64,000 nt of DNA, from sequence record MK250028.1. The stretch is one strand, 5' to 3'. A program made the translations under genes and the position numbers. Shown here piece by piece: positions 32,549-43,069 of this stretch. Numbering within the stretch: the stretch's first letter is position 1; every line of letters starts with the position of its first letter. The notes under the pieces were generated by a model. That model was not told where the DNA came from. It saw only the letters and a list, made by a program, of their open reading frames with translations, and did no database searches.

Positions 32549-33940
32549 TTAACATATATTTAATATAAATGCACTCATATTATTTTTATTTATAATATCT
32601 AAAGTATTATTTTTAATTATTTTATTATTTTTATTTTTTCGTTGTCCAGATAAGTAATTAAAATTTTTAATACCATTTTTATCAACCTATGAAGGAAATA
32701 CATAAATTTGATTTATAATAATATTATTTTTATTAAATGAATAAACTAATATAATACCAATATCTACATTATTTCTTATATTACTATTCATAATTGTATT
32801 TTTATCTAAATTTTTCTAATTTATACATTTAATCTAAATATGCTATGTAATATTATTGTTTTCGTCTGTTAGCGAAAAGTCTTTAGTAGGCTAACCATTT
32901 TTATCGTTTGTTACTTTCATATGTGAAACTGTATACTCATCTTTAATTATTTCTATCACTGCATTTTCTATTGTTAAACCAGTAATCCATCCTACATTTT
33001 TTGTTAAATTTACTGTTATATTATGATTTGTAATATTATTATAACCAGTAATATAAACTTTTGATAAAAATATATTATCTTTAATTTTATTAAATTGATT
33101 ATGTAATATATTTAATAAATTTAACTAAAAAATTGTTATATTTTTAGATTTATATAAAATTGATGAAGCCTCATCAACATATTCATTATCAGTAATACTT
33201 TCATATATCATCTTAATATCATTACTAGATATTCTATGATATGATTCTTTTACAGATATAGGTTCAACTCTACTCGTAAAATCTTCGATACATTTCTTTG
33301 TATCAAATTCTATATTTCGTCCTAAACCTCTTAATTTATCTTTATCTTTTTCTTTATCTAATATTCCTTCTTTTACCAATTCATTGAATGCATACTTATC
33401 ATCAGATACATATGTTGTTCCATTCTTTTTCCATTCATCTGTATATGTTTCAGTTTTACTATCATAACTAGCATCACAATTACCAAATAATCTTTTTGTA
33501 TCTTTCCTGTATGCATTTCCTTTCTCTGGTATATAGCATCTGAATTGCTTTCCATCATAATAAATCATTACACATAATGGGCATTCCCAATCACCTCCAA
33601 CCATCATTACAATATACGGACATCCTTTAACTGCTCGTAATCCACCGGTAATATCATAATTTTCTCAATCAGGTTGAATTCCTTTAAAATCTTTCTTAAT
33701 GATAGTTTCACCTTTCTTATCATTATAATATATTGTTCTTATAGCTCTTGGTAATGATGATATAATTTTGGAAGTAGAATTAGTTTTATTCATTTTATCG
33801 GTAGTCCAACTATCATCTTTACATGTATCAAGAATAAATTTCTTTGCTTTCTCTCCAAACTATTTCTCTGATAATTTAGCAATCTTTCTACCACCTTTTC
33901 TTAATTTTACATCATTATATAATGAATAATATTTTCCCAT
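32549..33940 (-). pseudogene. Hypothetical protein with one in-frame TGA (GGDWExP-motif protein)
   Basis: One continuous frame from ATG 33940 in code 15, except TGA at 33665-33667 (QPD*ENY). Includes track ORF 33125..33607. Confidence 0.45.
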
Positions 33941-33942
33941 TG

Positions 33943-35418
33943 TTAACTATATTTTATTTTATATTTTTTAATTTCAGATGGAACAGTATATAAGAATTTT
34001 ATAAATTCATCTAACGTCCATTCTGCATATGAATCAAATTCGTCTTCATTAATATCCAAACTTAATAATTCTCTATTAACATAATAATCAATATTTGATT
34101 TATCTATTATTAAATTATCATTTAACCATAAATCATTAATAACTTTATTCTTTATTAATAATTTTATATTTGGATAATTTTTACCTTTATTATCTGTATC
34201 ATTCATTGTAACACTATCGCATACTTCATATAATAATTCAAATTCTCTGAATGTTAATACATCAATAGACATACAATCATCATTATCATATGTGTCACTA
34301 TCTTGACCATCCAAATATATAACATCTTCTAATGGGAAATAATAATCATTATCATTTAAATTATATATTTCATCATCAACAATAACATTATAAATTTTTG
34401 CATAATTTCCATTTGGATCACCATAACCATAATCAAATTCACCAACATCAAATGTTAATGTTCCTCTATCATATCCTAATTTTAGAAAATCCCATGAATT
34501 TAATAATCTTCCAGAATTTCCCTTATTACTCATAGGTGTACCTTTATCAAAAAATGCAATATTATTCATGTTATATTTTCTTAAATCTATACATGAAAAA
34601 TCCTAATCAAATGAACCACATAGAAATAACATATTCTTAAATGATTTTACACTATTCATATTCCATTTCTATATAGGTTGATTAAACTTCTTACATAAAC
34701 TAAACATGTTATCCATACATTCTACTTTTGATACATCCCAATTACTAATATCCTAATTAAATAGTTCACAGTTATTAAACATATCGGTCATGTCAAGAGC
34801 ATTCTCAGTATTCCATTTAGTTATATCACCATTAAATTTCCTACATGTATCAAACATACCTATAAAAAATTCAACATTATGAACGTCCCAATTACTTATA
34901 CCATTATTACCATCATATTCTTTACAGTAAATAAACATGTTTGTCATTGTACATACATTAGATGTATTCCATTTACTAAGATCACATATCTATATCTAAT
35001 TGCCAAATACTTGTTTCATTCTTGTTACATGTGCAGTATTCCAATCCTCTACATGCCAAAATATAGGATACTTATCTCCCATCTATGGTTTGAACTAAAG
35101 TAAATAATCCAATTTCTTTACATTACGTATATCAATCCAATTAAGATTAAATTCATGTATATCATCTTTAAATAACTAAGGTTTAATCTTATTATAAATT
35201 AAATCATGTAATTCATTATAATCCGCAACTTTATATTGAAACTATGGTGTTAATACTAATTCTAGATCATCATCAGATACAGTAAAACCATTCTTTAACT
35301 TATTTAATATATTATCGACATCTCGACCTATTAATATATCACTATGATCAATTTCATTATCAAATATATCGTCATCATCAAATAATGATTCCATTAAATT
35401 ATATATATATTTCTTCAT
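33943..35418 (-). CDS. DUF285/BspA-type repeat protein (491 aa, code 15)
   Basis: LNWIDIRNV followed by repeats such as DLSKWNTSNV, FNGDITKWNT, FNQDISNWDVSKV (Q=TAG), FNQPIQKWN. Confidence 0.8.
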
Positions 35419-35447
35419 ATATTAATATAAATATTATTTTAATAAAA

Positions 35448-35774
35448 TTACCAATGATAACCTAATTCTGCACCCATTGCGGCTAATACTAATTTAGATG
35501 TTAAAAGATTTCCTAAAGTTCCTTTTTCATCAATGCCTAAACACTTACAAATAGCTTTCATTATACTTTGTCCAATAGTTGATGAAACTGCACTTCCTAA
35601 TAATGCAGTAAATAAACCTTCATCTACTACATCTTCCAGCGGTACACCTTCTTTTTTCGCAATTTCATTTGCTTCAACTATATAATCATATACTTTCTTA
35701 CTATCCATTATCTATTTAGGCGTATAACCACTTAAATCAATGCCTTCAAATAAATTATTATATTTTTCACTCAT
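35448..35774 (-). CDS. Hypothetical protein (108 aa, one TAG)
   Basis: MSEKYNNLFEGID... reads through TAG into track ORF 35448..35708. Confidence 0.6.
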
Positions 35775-35895
35775 TATATTATTAAAATCAATTCTTTAAG
35801 ATATTTATTTTATATATAAATAATCTGAATAAATATCTAAAAGATAATAATGAATTATCTTATAAATGTAAAAAATAATTATCGATAATTATAAT

Positions 35896-37149
35896 ATGAA
35901 AAAACAAATGAAAACAGTTAATAAAGTTAATTCAAAGAAAGAACTTTATAACTCTATTATGGAATCTGTTGTTCCTTAGATTGCAAAAGCATTGAGTGAA
36001 GCAGAAGATGAAGATAAAGATGTAGATTCTGCTGAAGATGATGTAAAGGATGCAGAGAAAAATGAGTGTGATAATGTAGATGAAGCGGCACTTAACGAGT
36101 TATTCGGTTTTGGTTCATCAGTGAAGAAACCTGAGAAAGCATTATCTCTTGAAAATTCTGATGAAGAGAATGCAGATTTATTTATTGCATGGTCAGCATA
36201 CTATATGTCTAAATGTAGCAATGATGCAAAGAAAGGTATGGAGATGTTCTTGAAAGAATCGGGTGAGATTATTTCAAAAGCACCTATGATGATTGTTAAG
36301 GGTATTCTTCGTTTAATGTCTGGTGCAATTAAAGGTGCAGTATTTGGTGTTGGTACAGTTGCTGCTGTTGTTCTTGGAGGTATTTCTATGTTGGTTCGTA
36401 TGGCAGTAAACGGTGTAGAGAAAGCAAAAGAAGCACTTGCTGAATTATATAAAACTATTAAACAAGGTATTTCAACATTCTATAAGAATTTTACATCTGG
36501 CACTGATAAGATGGTTAATGATTCAAAAGATAAGTTAACTGTATGGCTTGGTGTTCTTTCAGGTGCACTTATGGCATGTGCAAATAAAATTCAAGGAGCT
36601 GCTGAAGCAATGGGTGATTTCTTCAAACAAGTTCTTGCAGACGCTAAAGAGAAGAAAGATGCAGCTGTTCTTATCGTAAAGACTTGGTTACAGGCAAAAT
36701 CAGAAGCAGTTAAATCTTGGATTACAGAAACTGGTGGAGAAATTCGCAAAACTGTAATTGAAGCATGGAATGCAATGGATAAAAAAGTCCGTAATACTTA
36801 TGATAAGGTAGCTAAAGCACTTGAATCATGGATGAATGATATTAAGGAGCTTGTTCAAGCAGTTTCACAGAAAGTATCAGATGCAGCAGATAAAGCTAAA
36901 GATGTTGTAATTGATAAGAAAGATAAAGCACTTGTATGGGGTATTTAGAAAGGTGTTAAAGGTCTTTCAAAGAATTATACAGAAGATCAAGTTGTAGCCC
37001 TTGTTCGTAAATGTTATAATGAGTCTGTAGTTCCTAATAAGAGAACTGGTAATATCATTATCAATGAAGCATATATGCATGCTAAAGGAACAAGAACACG
37101 TATGCTTTATGAAAAGAGATTAGTACGTAAAGCTAGATTATTGAAGTAA
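35896..37149 (+). CDS. Amphipathic-helix (apolipoprotein-like) protein with a hydrophobic segment (417 aa, code 15)
   Basis: Track ORF 35992..36948 extends both ways through TAG to ATG 35896 and TAA 37149; terminator follows. Confidence 0.7.
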
Positions 37150-37176
37150 TTTAATTTTACAATCATATAATGAATT

Positions 37177-37205
37177 AAGGGATAAATCTTAATGATTTAT
37201 CCCTT
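37177..37205. terminator. Bidirectional intrinsic terminator
   Basis: 12-bp perfect stem aagggataaatc/gatttatccctt. Confidence 0.8.
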
Positions 37206-37210
37206 CTTTT

Positions 37211-37438
37211 TTATAATGAAAAATTTGAATATTGTTGAATTGCATCAACTGTTTGTTGTGCAACCGGTATTTTATATTTAATTAACAGTTCAATTAATTG
37301 TCTTTGAGTTAATTCAATTTTATCTGATTTAACATATACATATTTTGTTTGAACACCAACTTTACTTAAATCGATAGGCTTACATTTTCTATCTTCTGTA
37401 TCAATTGGTTTAATCTTATCAAAATTAAAAGATTTCAT
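37211..37438 (-). CDS. Hypothetical protein
   Basis: 75-aa ORF. Confidence 0.6.
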   Translation of the reverse strand: MKSFNFDKIKPIDTEDRKCKPIDLSKVGVQTKYVYVKSDKIELTQRQLIELLIKYKIPVAQQTVDAIQQYSNFSL

Positions 37439-37468
37439 TTATTCTATAAAATAATTTTATTATTTATT

Positions 37469-37762
37469 TTAAATATATGTTGTCTCTCTTTTATGATCAA
37501 AGATTGTCATATCTATTTTTTCTGTAAATCTATGTAACTTTCTTAAAGATGCGGGCGAACTAGAAATTGATAAATCATGTATAAATATTTTTAATTTATT
37601 ATTTCTTATTTCTTTTTCTCTGCGTTTATTAAGATTATTTTCTCTCTTAATACTTGCATGAACAATACCATTATATTGATGTTTACTTTTAAATATTGGT
37701 CGTTCATCATCTATACGATTTCGTTTATTATTAATAATACGTCTATTAAATTTTTTTATCAT
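37469..37762 (-). CDS. Hypothetical basic protein
   Basis: 97-aa ORF. Confidence 0.55.
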   Translation of the reverse strand: MIKKFNRRIINNKRNRIDDERPIFKSKHQYNGIVHASIKRENNLNKRREKEIRNNKLKIFIHDLSISSSPASLRKLHRFTEKIDMTIFDHKRETTYI

Positions 37763-37765
37763 ATA

Positions 37766-37978
37766 TTATAGTATTTTATTAAGGTCATTCATAATTTTTG
37801 TTAATGAATTTGCATTCATATATGGATTAAAATTTTGTAATTTGGACTTTAATAATTCTTGTATTTGTTGTTGTTCTTTTTTTCGTGTATATTCATTATA
37901 TGAATCATTTAAAATTTTATATACAAGATTTATTAATTCATCTAAATTATTCGTATGCTTATTTTTAAACTTTATCAT
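37766..37978 (-). CDS. Hypothetical protein
   Basis: 70-aa ORF coupled to the upstream gene. Confidence 0.55.
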   Translation of the reverse strand: MIKFKNKHTNNLDELINLVYKILNDSYNEYTRKKEQQQIQELLKSKLQNFNPYMNANSLTKIMNDLNKIL

Positions 37979-38547
37979 TATTTAAAAATTTTAAATATTC
38001 CTAAAAATTTCTTTTTTTTCATATCTTCAATCTGTTGTTTAAGATCTGTATTTTCATTTTCAAGAATCTTATTTTTCTTTTTAATATCAATATAGAGATT
38101 TTCTATTTGTTCAAGGTCTTGTTTGTAATAATTAAACGCATTTTCTCTTTCTTCGTTATTACAGTGATTAAGGCATTTAATAAACATTTCAATGATTAAT
38201 AGAGATGATTCTTTTTGCATATCCTCAATCATTTCTGAATGCTTATCTGGATCTGAATCTAATCCATCTTTTTCATATTCTATTGTTTTCTTTGCCAATG
38301 TAGATGTAGCTCTTATTTGATATTCATTAAATAAATCTTGAATAAATTTACGTGTTCTCTTAATGAATTCAATATCTTCTTTTGATTTACCTTCAAGTTC
38401 TTTATCATCCCATGCAATCTGGGTACAAATATTATCAGGATTTACATTTTCTTTCTGAAGTATTTCATATTCTTCTTTCAAATCACTCAAATTATTTTGA
38501 AATACTTCGTTTATTAATTTATCTCGCCTTGTAACTAAACTTTCCAT
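37978..38547 (-). CDS. Coiled-coil hypothetical protein
   Basis: 189 aa, E/K/Q-rich. Confidence 0.7.
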   Translation of the reverse strand: MESLVTRRDKLINEVFQNNLSDLKEEYEILQKENVNPDNICTQIAWDDKELEGKSKEDIEFIKRTRKFIQDLFNEYQIRATSTLAKKTIEYEKDGLDSDPDKHSEMIEDMQKESSLLIIEMFIKCLNHCNNEERENAFNYYKQDLEQIENLYIDIKKKNKILENENTDLKQQIEDMKKKKFLGIFKIFK

Positions 38548-38614
38548 TCTAACTAATTATTCTTTTATTATAATTTATATAATACAATTAAATAAATGTC
38601 TTATTTATAAAAAT

Positions 38615-38648
38615 AAAAGTGATATATATTGGTTTATATATCACTTTT
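38615..38648 (-). terminator. Intrinsic terminator
   Basis: 12-bp stem aaaagtgatata/tatatcactttt. Confidence 0.65.
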
Positions 38649-38793
38649 ATATATTATTTACATGTAGACCATCGTTGTTTCATACACATATCTACATATT
38701 CTTCTTCTAATGCATCACCAATAAAATTATTGATTGCTTCTTTGAATCTCTTTAAAAAATTTTTCATATAATAATTAATTTTAAATGTTATAA

Positions 38794-38805
38794 TACAAAG
38801 ATACA
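38794..38805 (-). promoter_or_regulatory. Class I promoter TGTATCTTTGTA
   Basis: Identical 12-mer. Confidence 0.75.
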
Positions 38806-38827
38806 TTAATTATTTTATATGAAAAAA

Positions 38828-39217
38828 TTAATTTATTAATTCATAATAAGTTAATACTTTACAATATCCTGAATCCCAAGAATCATAATAAAAACCATTT
38901 ATAGATGCGACCACATGTCCTCTTAAATTCAATAAAAAATATCCTTTATCATATTTTTTTACAAATTCACTAACAGTTAATCTATGTTGTCCTTTAGTCA
39001 TTCGGCCAAATGAACGTTTAACATAATTATGTTCTTTTAACCATAATTCAATTATCTTCCATTCATTAGGCATTCGTTTTTTCTTCCTACCTAATGCACA
39101 TAATTCATCATAACATGTATACCAATCTCTATGAGTTAATTTCATCATAGCCCTTATGGCACAATCATCTGCGTTCTTTTTCTGGGATACAAATTTAATA
39201 TATCTATCATTGATCAT
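38828..39217 (-). CDS. Hypothetical protein (DCAIRA...GHVVA...D motifs)
   Basis: 129 aa; Cys-His-Asp arrangement suggestive of a papain-like fold (unverified). Confidence 0.65.
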   Translation of the reverse strand: MINDRYIKFVSQKKNADDCAIRAMMKLTHRDWYTCYDELCALGRKKKRMPNEWKIIELWLKEHNYVKRSFGRMTKGQHRLTVSEFVKKYDKGYFLLNLRGHVVASINGFYYDSWDSGYCKVLTYYELIN

Positions 39218-39302
39218 AATTAATAAAATTAATTTATATAATAAAATATTAATCTATTTCTTTAAACAAAAAAATCTGGAAATTATAAACTTCCAGATTT
39301 TC

Positions 39303-40274
39303 TTACATATCATATTCATGTTTTTTATCTAATTCAGAATCGATTATCTTATAGAAGTCATATATATATTGATTAAAGTAATCATTAAAGAAATTATATA
39401 CGTTCTTTGCAATTTGCTTATCTCTTCTTGTTAACTTATAATCGAGTTTCTTAATATTTTCAATGTATTCTTTATCAATACCAAAATTATTTATATTTAA
39501 TTCCGTTAAATAATATCCTAAATAAAATACTGGTCTCATTTCATTTGGGTCCTCATCCATAAAATGGAATAAGAAAAAATAAAATAAATTATAATAACTA
39601 GTATTAATAAAATAATTTATTAAACAACATATACGTTTAAATCCATGATTACCATAACAAATTAAATTTACGTCGTCTTGAGATAATTTATCAATATTTT
39701 CTTTAATATGTTTTTCTCTATTTATTTTTTCTGAAGGTGATAGCAAAGAAATCATTCTTGTTATGAATAAAAATTCAGATGAAGATATATTTATATCATT
39801 TTTTAAGTTATGAACATATGTTATACTATCTTCAATTTTAATTCTATTAGTCAAACAGAATTCCAAATAAAATAGTTGTGTTCTTAATTGATGTTCATAT
39901 TTATTAATATCAGAACTTACATAATGTAAGTTCAAAAATATAAACATTCCTTCATCATTTAATTTAATATCTGTAAATTGATAATCATCATCGTCATAAT
40001 AATGAACATATATAGATACTCCTCCACCATAAGGTGTAAGCATATTCATAAATTCATATACACTATCTGCACTTAATGGATATTCACGAGATAACTTAAG
40101 TTCTATTTCAAAATTATTTTCTATTGATTTTGTAATAGCTTCATGTGCAATATCCTTATGTAATTTAGCACATCTATCATAGAATTCTTTAATTGCTGTA
40201 TATCTGTATGTTGGTATAATATCTCTTATCTTATTTACAATATTCTTATTTAACATCTTTTTACTCAATGCCAT
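39303..40274 (-). CDS. Hypothetical protein, possible degenerate zincin paralogue
   Basis: LLSPSEKINR resembles LLSPTEIQAR of 31417..32436, but there is no HExxH. Confidence 0.6.
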   Translation of the reverse strand: MALSKKMLNKNIVNKIRDIIPTYRYTAIKEFYDRCAKLHKDIAHEAITKSIENNFEIELKLSREYPLSADSVYEFMNMLTPYGGGVSIYVHYYDDDDYQFTDIKLNDEGMFIFLNLHYVSSDINKYEHQLRTQLFYLEFCLTNRIKIEDSITYVHNLKNDINISSSEFLFITRMISLLSPSEKINREKHIKENIDKLSQDDVNLICYGNHGFKRICCLINYFINTSYYNLFYFFLFHFMDEDPNEMRPVFYLGYYLTELNINNFGIDKEYIENIKKLDYKLTRRDKQIAKNVYNFFNDYFNQYIYDFYKIIDSELDKKHEYDM

Positions 40275-40286
40275 TTAATATATTTA

Positions 40287-40505
40287 TTATTTATAACGAT
40301 ATGAAATACGACCCTTTGTAAGATCATATGGTGACATTTCAACTTTTACCTTATCCCCTGTAATAAGTTTAATATAATTCATTCTAAGTTTACCAGCAAG
40401 AACACAGTTAATTTCAAATCCATTTTCAAGTTCAACCTTAAATCTTGTGCTAGGTAGACATTCGGTAATAACACCATTCATTTCCAATGCTTTTTCTTTC
40501 GCCAT
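40287..40505 (-). CDS. infA: Translation initiation factor IF-1
   Basis: [29 protein letters not shown]...[35 protein letters not shown]. Confidence 0.95.
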   Translation of the reverse strand: MAKEKALEMNGVITECLPSTRFKVELENGFEINCVLAGKLRMNYIKLITGDKVKVEMSPYDLTKGRISYRYK

Positions 40506-40529
40506 TATTAAATTATTAGTTTTATAAAA

Positions 40530-40724
40530 TTATTCATATGAGACATAAACATTATGTGTTTTATATTCATCATTCTCATCGAACACGCATATATTTATCT
40601 TATATCCTGATATTTTCTTTATGAAAATATTCCATATATCTTTAAATGTTAATTCAACACCTTCTATATAAGGTCCTTTTTCTTGAATTCTTTTTTCTAC
40701 AATTTTTTTATTTAATAAATCCAT
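40530..40724 (-). CDS. Hypothetical protein
   Basis: 64-aa ORF. Confidence 0.55.
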   Translation of the reverse strand: MDLLNKKIVEKRIQEKGPYIEGVELTFKDIWNIFIKKISGYKINICVFDENDEYKTHNVYVSYE

Positions 40725-40878
40725 AATTTATCTAATTAACATTTCTTCAAATTCTAAATCAGTTGGATATACATTAACTGATAATAAATTTATTTGTTTT
40801 TTAATATTTCTTATTTCTAATTTTAAATAATTAAAATCGGAAACTACTTTTTTAAAATTATTATTTTTATTTCTAAAT

Positions 40879-41103
40879 TTAATCATTACAATATGACATG
40901 TGAATTGTTGGTGTATATGTTTTATATGTATATTGCGAACCTTTACTATGTTGATGATTATTAAATGTGTTAACCATATCATTTTGATGACATTCTAAAT
41001 TCTTAAGGTGTTGTTCCATTATAGATATAGAGTCTCTTAAAAATATAATTTTATCATTTAATGCTTTTATTTGAGTCTTCTTAGATTCTTTAAACTTAAT
41101 CAT
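40879..41103 (-). CDS. Hypothetical protein
   Basis: 74-aa ORF, ATGA-coupled; ends FNNHQH..Y..KTY, like its neighbour. Confidence 0.55.
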   Translation of the reverse strand: MIKFKESKKTQIKALNDKIIFLRDSISIMEQHLKNLECHQNDMVNTFNNHQHSKGSQYTYKTYTPTIHMSYCND

Positions 41104-41300
41104 TTTATTAATTGCATCGGTATATCAGTTTCAAATGTTTTACTATAACCATTATAACCTGTTTGAACATGTATATGATCATTAAATATTTTTGCATTTT
41201 CTTTCATTACATATTTAATATTATCTATATCATTTTTTGTATTTGCTTTTAGTGATCTTAATTCACTTTCCAGTTGCTGTATTCTATTACGTAATTCCAT
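41100..41300 (-). CDS. Hypothetical protein
   Basis: 66-aa ORF. Confidence 0.55.
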   Translation of the reverse strand: MELRNRIQQLESELRSLKANTKNDIDNIKYVMKENAKIFNDHIHVQTGYNGYSKTFETDIPMQLIK

Positions 41301-41369
41301 ATTGTTCCAACCAAGTTCATTAAGACGACAAGTAATATTACGTTTATTATAAGGTTTCTTTTTATTATA

Positions 41370-41873
41370 TTATCTTGTAATAGAAATATTCATATCATCA
41401 AATACATTTTGATCTGCAAGTAATATCCATCGTCCATTATCATTAATACAGCATCGCCCTATAATCATATTATCATTCATATAGATATAATAATAATTTT
41501 CACCGATACCCCTTGAACCATATTGATGATTCCAATCTGTATTTTTAATAATATTATCTATATCAAATTGTTTCTTTACATTTTCATTAGTATTACCAAA
41601 TATACAATACCAGTTATAATCATCATATTTCTCATGTATCACTTCCAAATTATTTTCCTTAATAACTTTACATATTTCAGAAAAAAGTGTCTTAGAAACA
41701 AAATCTGATGCCTTATATGAAGGATATTTATTAACTAATATACCATCATTAAATGATTCAACAAATTTCTTCCAATTAACAGGATTTAAACAAACTTTTG
41801 CTTGTTCCTTTCTCTTATTTTTATTTGTTGATTCAAATAATATATTCATTGTATCTCTTATATTCTTATTCAT
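41370..41873 (-). CDS. Hypothetical protein
   Basis: 167 aa; NILFES near the N-terminus. Confidence 0.7.
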   Translation of the reverse strand: MNKNIRDTMNILFESTNKNKRKEQAKVCLNPVNWKKFVESFNDGILVNKYPSYKASDFVSKTLFSEICKVIKENNLEVIHEKYDDYNWYCIFGNTNENVKKQFDIDNIIKNTDWNHQYGSRGIGENYYYIYMNDNMIIGRCCINDNGRWILLADQNVFDDMNISITR

Positions 41874-41897
41874 ATTTTTACCTTATTATAATTAACT

Positions 41898-41926
41898 ATT
41901 ATAATAATTAAAAATAAAAAAGTCTA
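41898..41926 (-). promoter_or_regulatory. Class II promoter TAGACT-N17-TATAAT
   Basis: Exact consensus and spacing. Confidence 0.6.
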
Positions 41927-41962
41927 TAACCGTATAAAAGTTATAGACCTATATATAATATT

Positions 41963-42889
41963 TTACTTATCGTATAATTTTGAAAGTAATGTTAATACTG
42001 TAATACTTTTTGGACCATAAGATTCATTTAAAATTTCACATGCACGTTTAATAGTCTGACCTCTACTAATAGTATCATCAATTAAAAGTATATTTTGACC
42101 ATTTATAATTTTAGAATATCTTGCATACTTATCAGGTGTAATTTTTAAGGTGTCTAATAAAGTGTCTCTCATTAAATTATCAGTAACAAGATGACAAGAA
42201 AACATACCATTTCGTTCTTCATTCATTTTATCAAAATATAAATGTAACTGATCATATGCTTCATCAAATTCTTCTTTATATACTTTTCTAAAATAAGAAT
42301 CCTTTCTCATTACAATTTCATCAACCTCCTCTACTGTTAATTTACATATTACCCCTTCAATTAATTTTGCATCTTTACTTTTTGACATTACAATATCCGC
42401 AATATGCTTATTTAATGAATTACCACTTGGTATAATAACAGTAACACCTATAGGATATAATTTCGCAAATTTTTCTGCAATTAAATCAAATTGTTTTTCT
42501 ATTAATTCTTTATCTTTTTCTGATTTGAATTTCCAATCACGTTCACTTTTTAATGCATATATTAATGGATTTCCATCACCAGCAGTTCCTCTCTTTCTTT
42601 TAAATATAGACCATACATTAACATTAGGTACTAAGTTATTATCTAATGATGGATTATTATCAAATGATGTATCTACATTATTTTCATGTTCAGAATTATA
42701 AGAAACAAATTTATGAATTCGGTCTATATCTATTCCTTCTATTAATTGTTTACTATTATTAATTTCTTCAAATAATAATTTCATTACATCTTTTATATTT
42801 CTATTCATTACTACAGTATCATTTATTTTAAAAATATCCATAATTAAAATATTTAAATTATTTATATATAATGTATTACAAAGATACAT
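41963..42889 (-). CDS. Phosphoribosyltransferase-fold protein (true start probably downstream of 42889)
   Basis: NILLIDDTISRGQTI PRPP-binding motif; VLTLL terminal strand. The track start overlaps the promoter. Confidence 0.75.
   Translation of the reverse strand: MYLCNTLYINNLNILIMDIFKINDTVVMNRNIKDVMKLLFEEINNSKQLIEGIDIDRIHKFVSYNSEHENNVDTSFDNNPSLDNNLVPNVNVWSIFKRKRGTAGDGNPLIYALKSERDWKFKSEKDKELIEKQFDLIAEKFAKLYPIGVTVIIPSGNSLNKHIADIVMSKSKDAKLIEGVICKLTVEEVDEIVMRKDSYFRKVYKEEFDEAYDQLHLYFDKMNEERNGMFSCHLVTDNLMRDTLLDTLKITPDKYARYSKIINGQNILLIDDTISRGQTIKRACEILNESYGPKSITVLTLLSKLYDK
42877..42888 (-). promoter_or_regulatory. Class I promoter TGTATCTTTGTA
   Basis: Identical 12-mer. Confidence 0.7.
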
Positions 42890-43018
42890 ATATTTAATAA
42901 AATAAAAAAGTTTATAACATGTAGTTGCAAATTTACCTGTAATTAAAAAAGATACAGGTTTACCACATATTTTACATGTTGGATGAATGTCAATATTATT
43001 ATATATATGATATTTATC

Positions 43019-43055
43019 AATAAAGGCAAATCTATTCCTTAGATTTGCCTTTATT
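43019..43055 (-). terminator. Intrinsic terminator
   Basis: 16-bp perfect stem below the polymerase exonuclease gene. Confidence 0.8.
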
Positions 43056-43069
43056 CTGCTATTTAATAA

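Noticed and set aside
40728-40982. Track ORF 40728..40982 at full length
   Set aside because: Its 5' part overlaps ORF 40879..41103. A shorter gene starting at MIKFRNK is more plausible but was not supported well enough to list.
42915-42985. Imperfect hairpin (acatgtag...cctgta/tacagg...tacatgt) between the pol terminator and the PRTase promoter
   Set aside because: Short, AT-rich, no recognisable riboswitch or ORF; insufficient support
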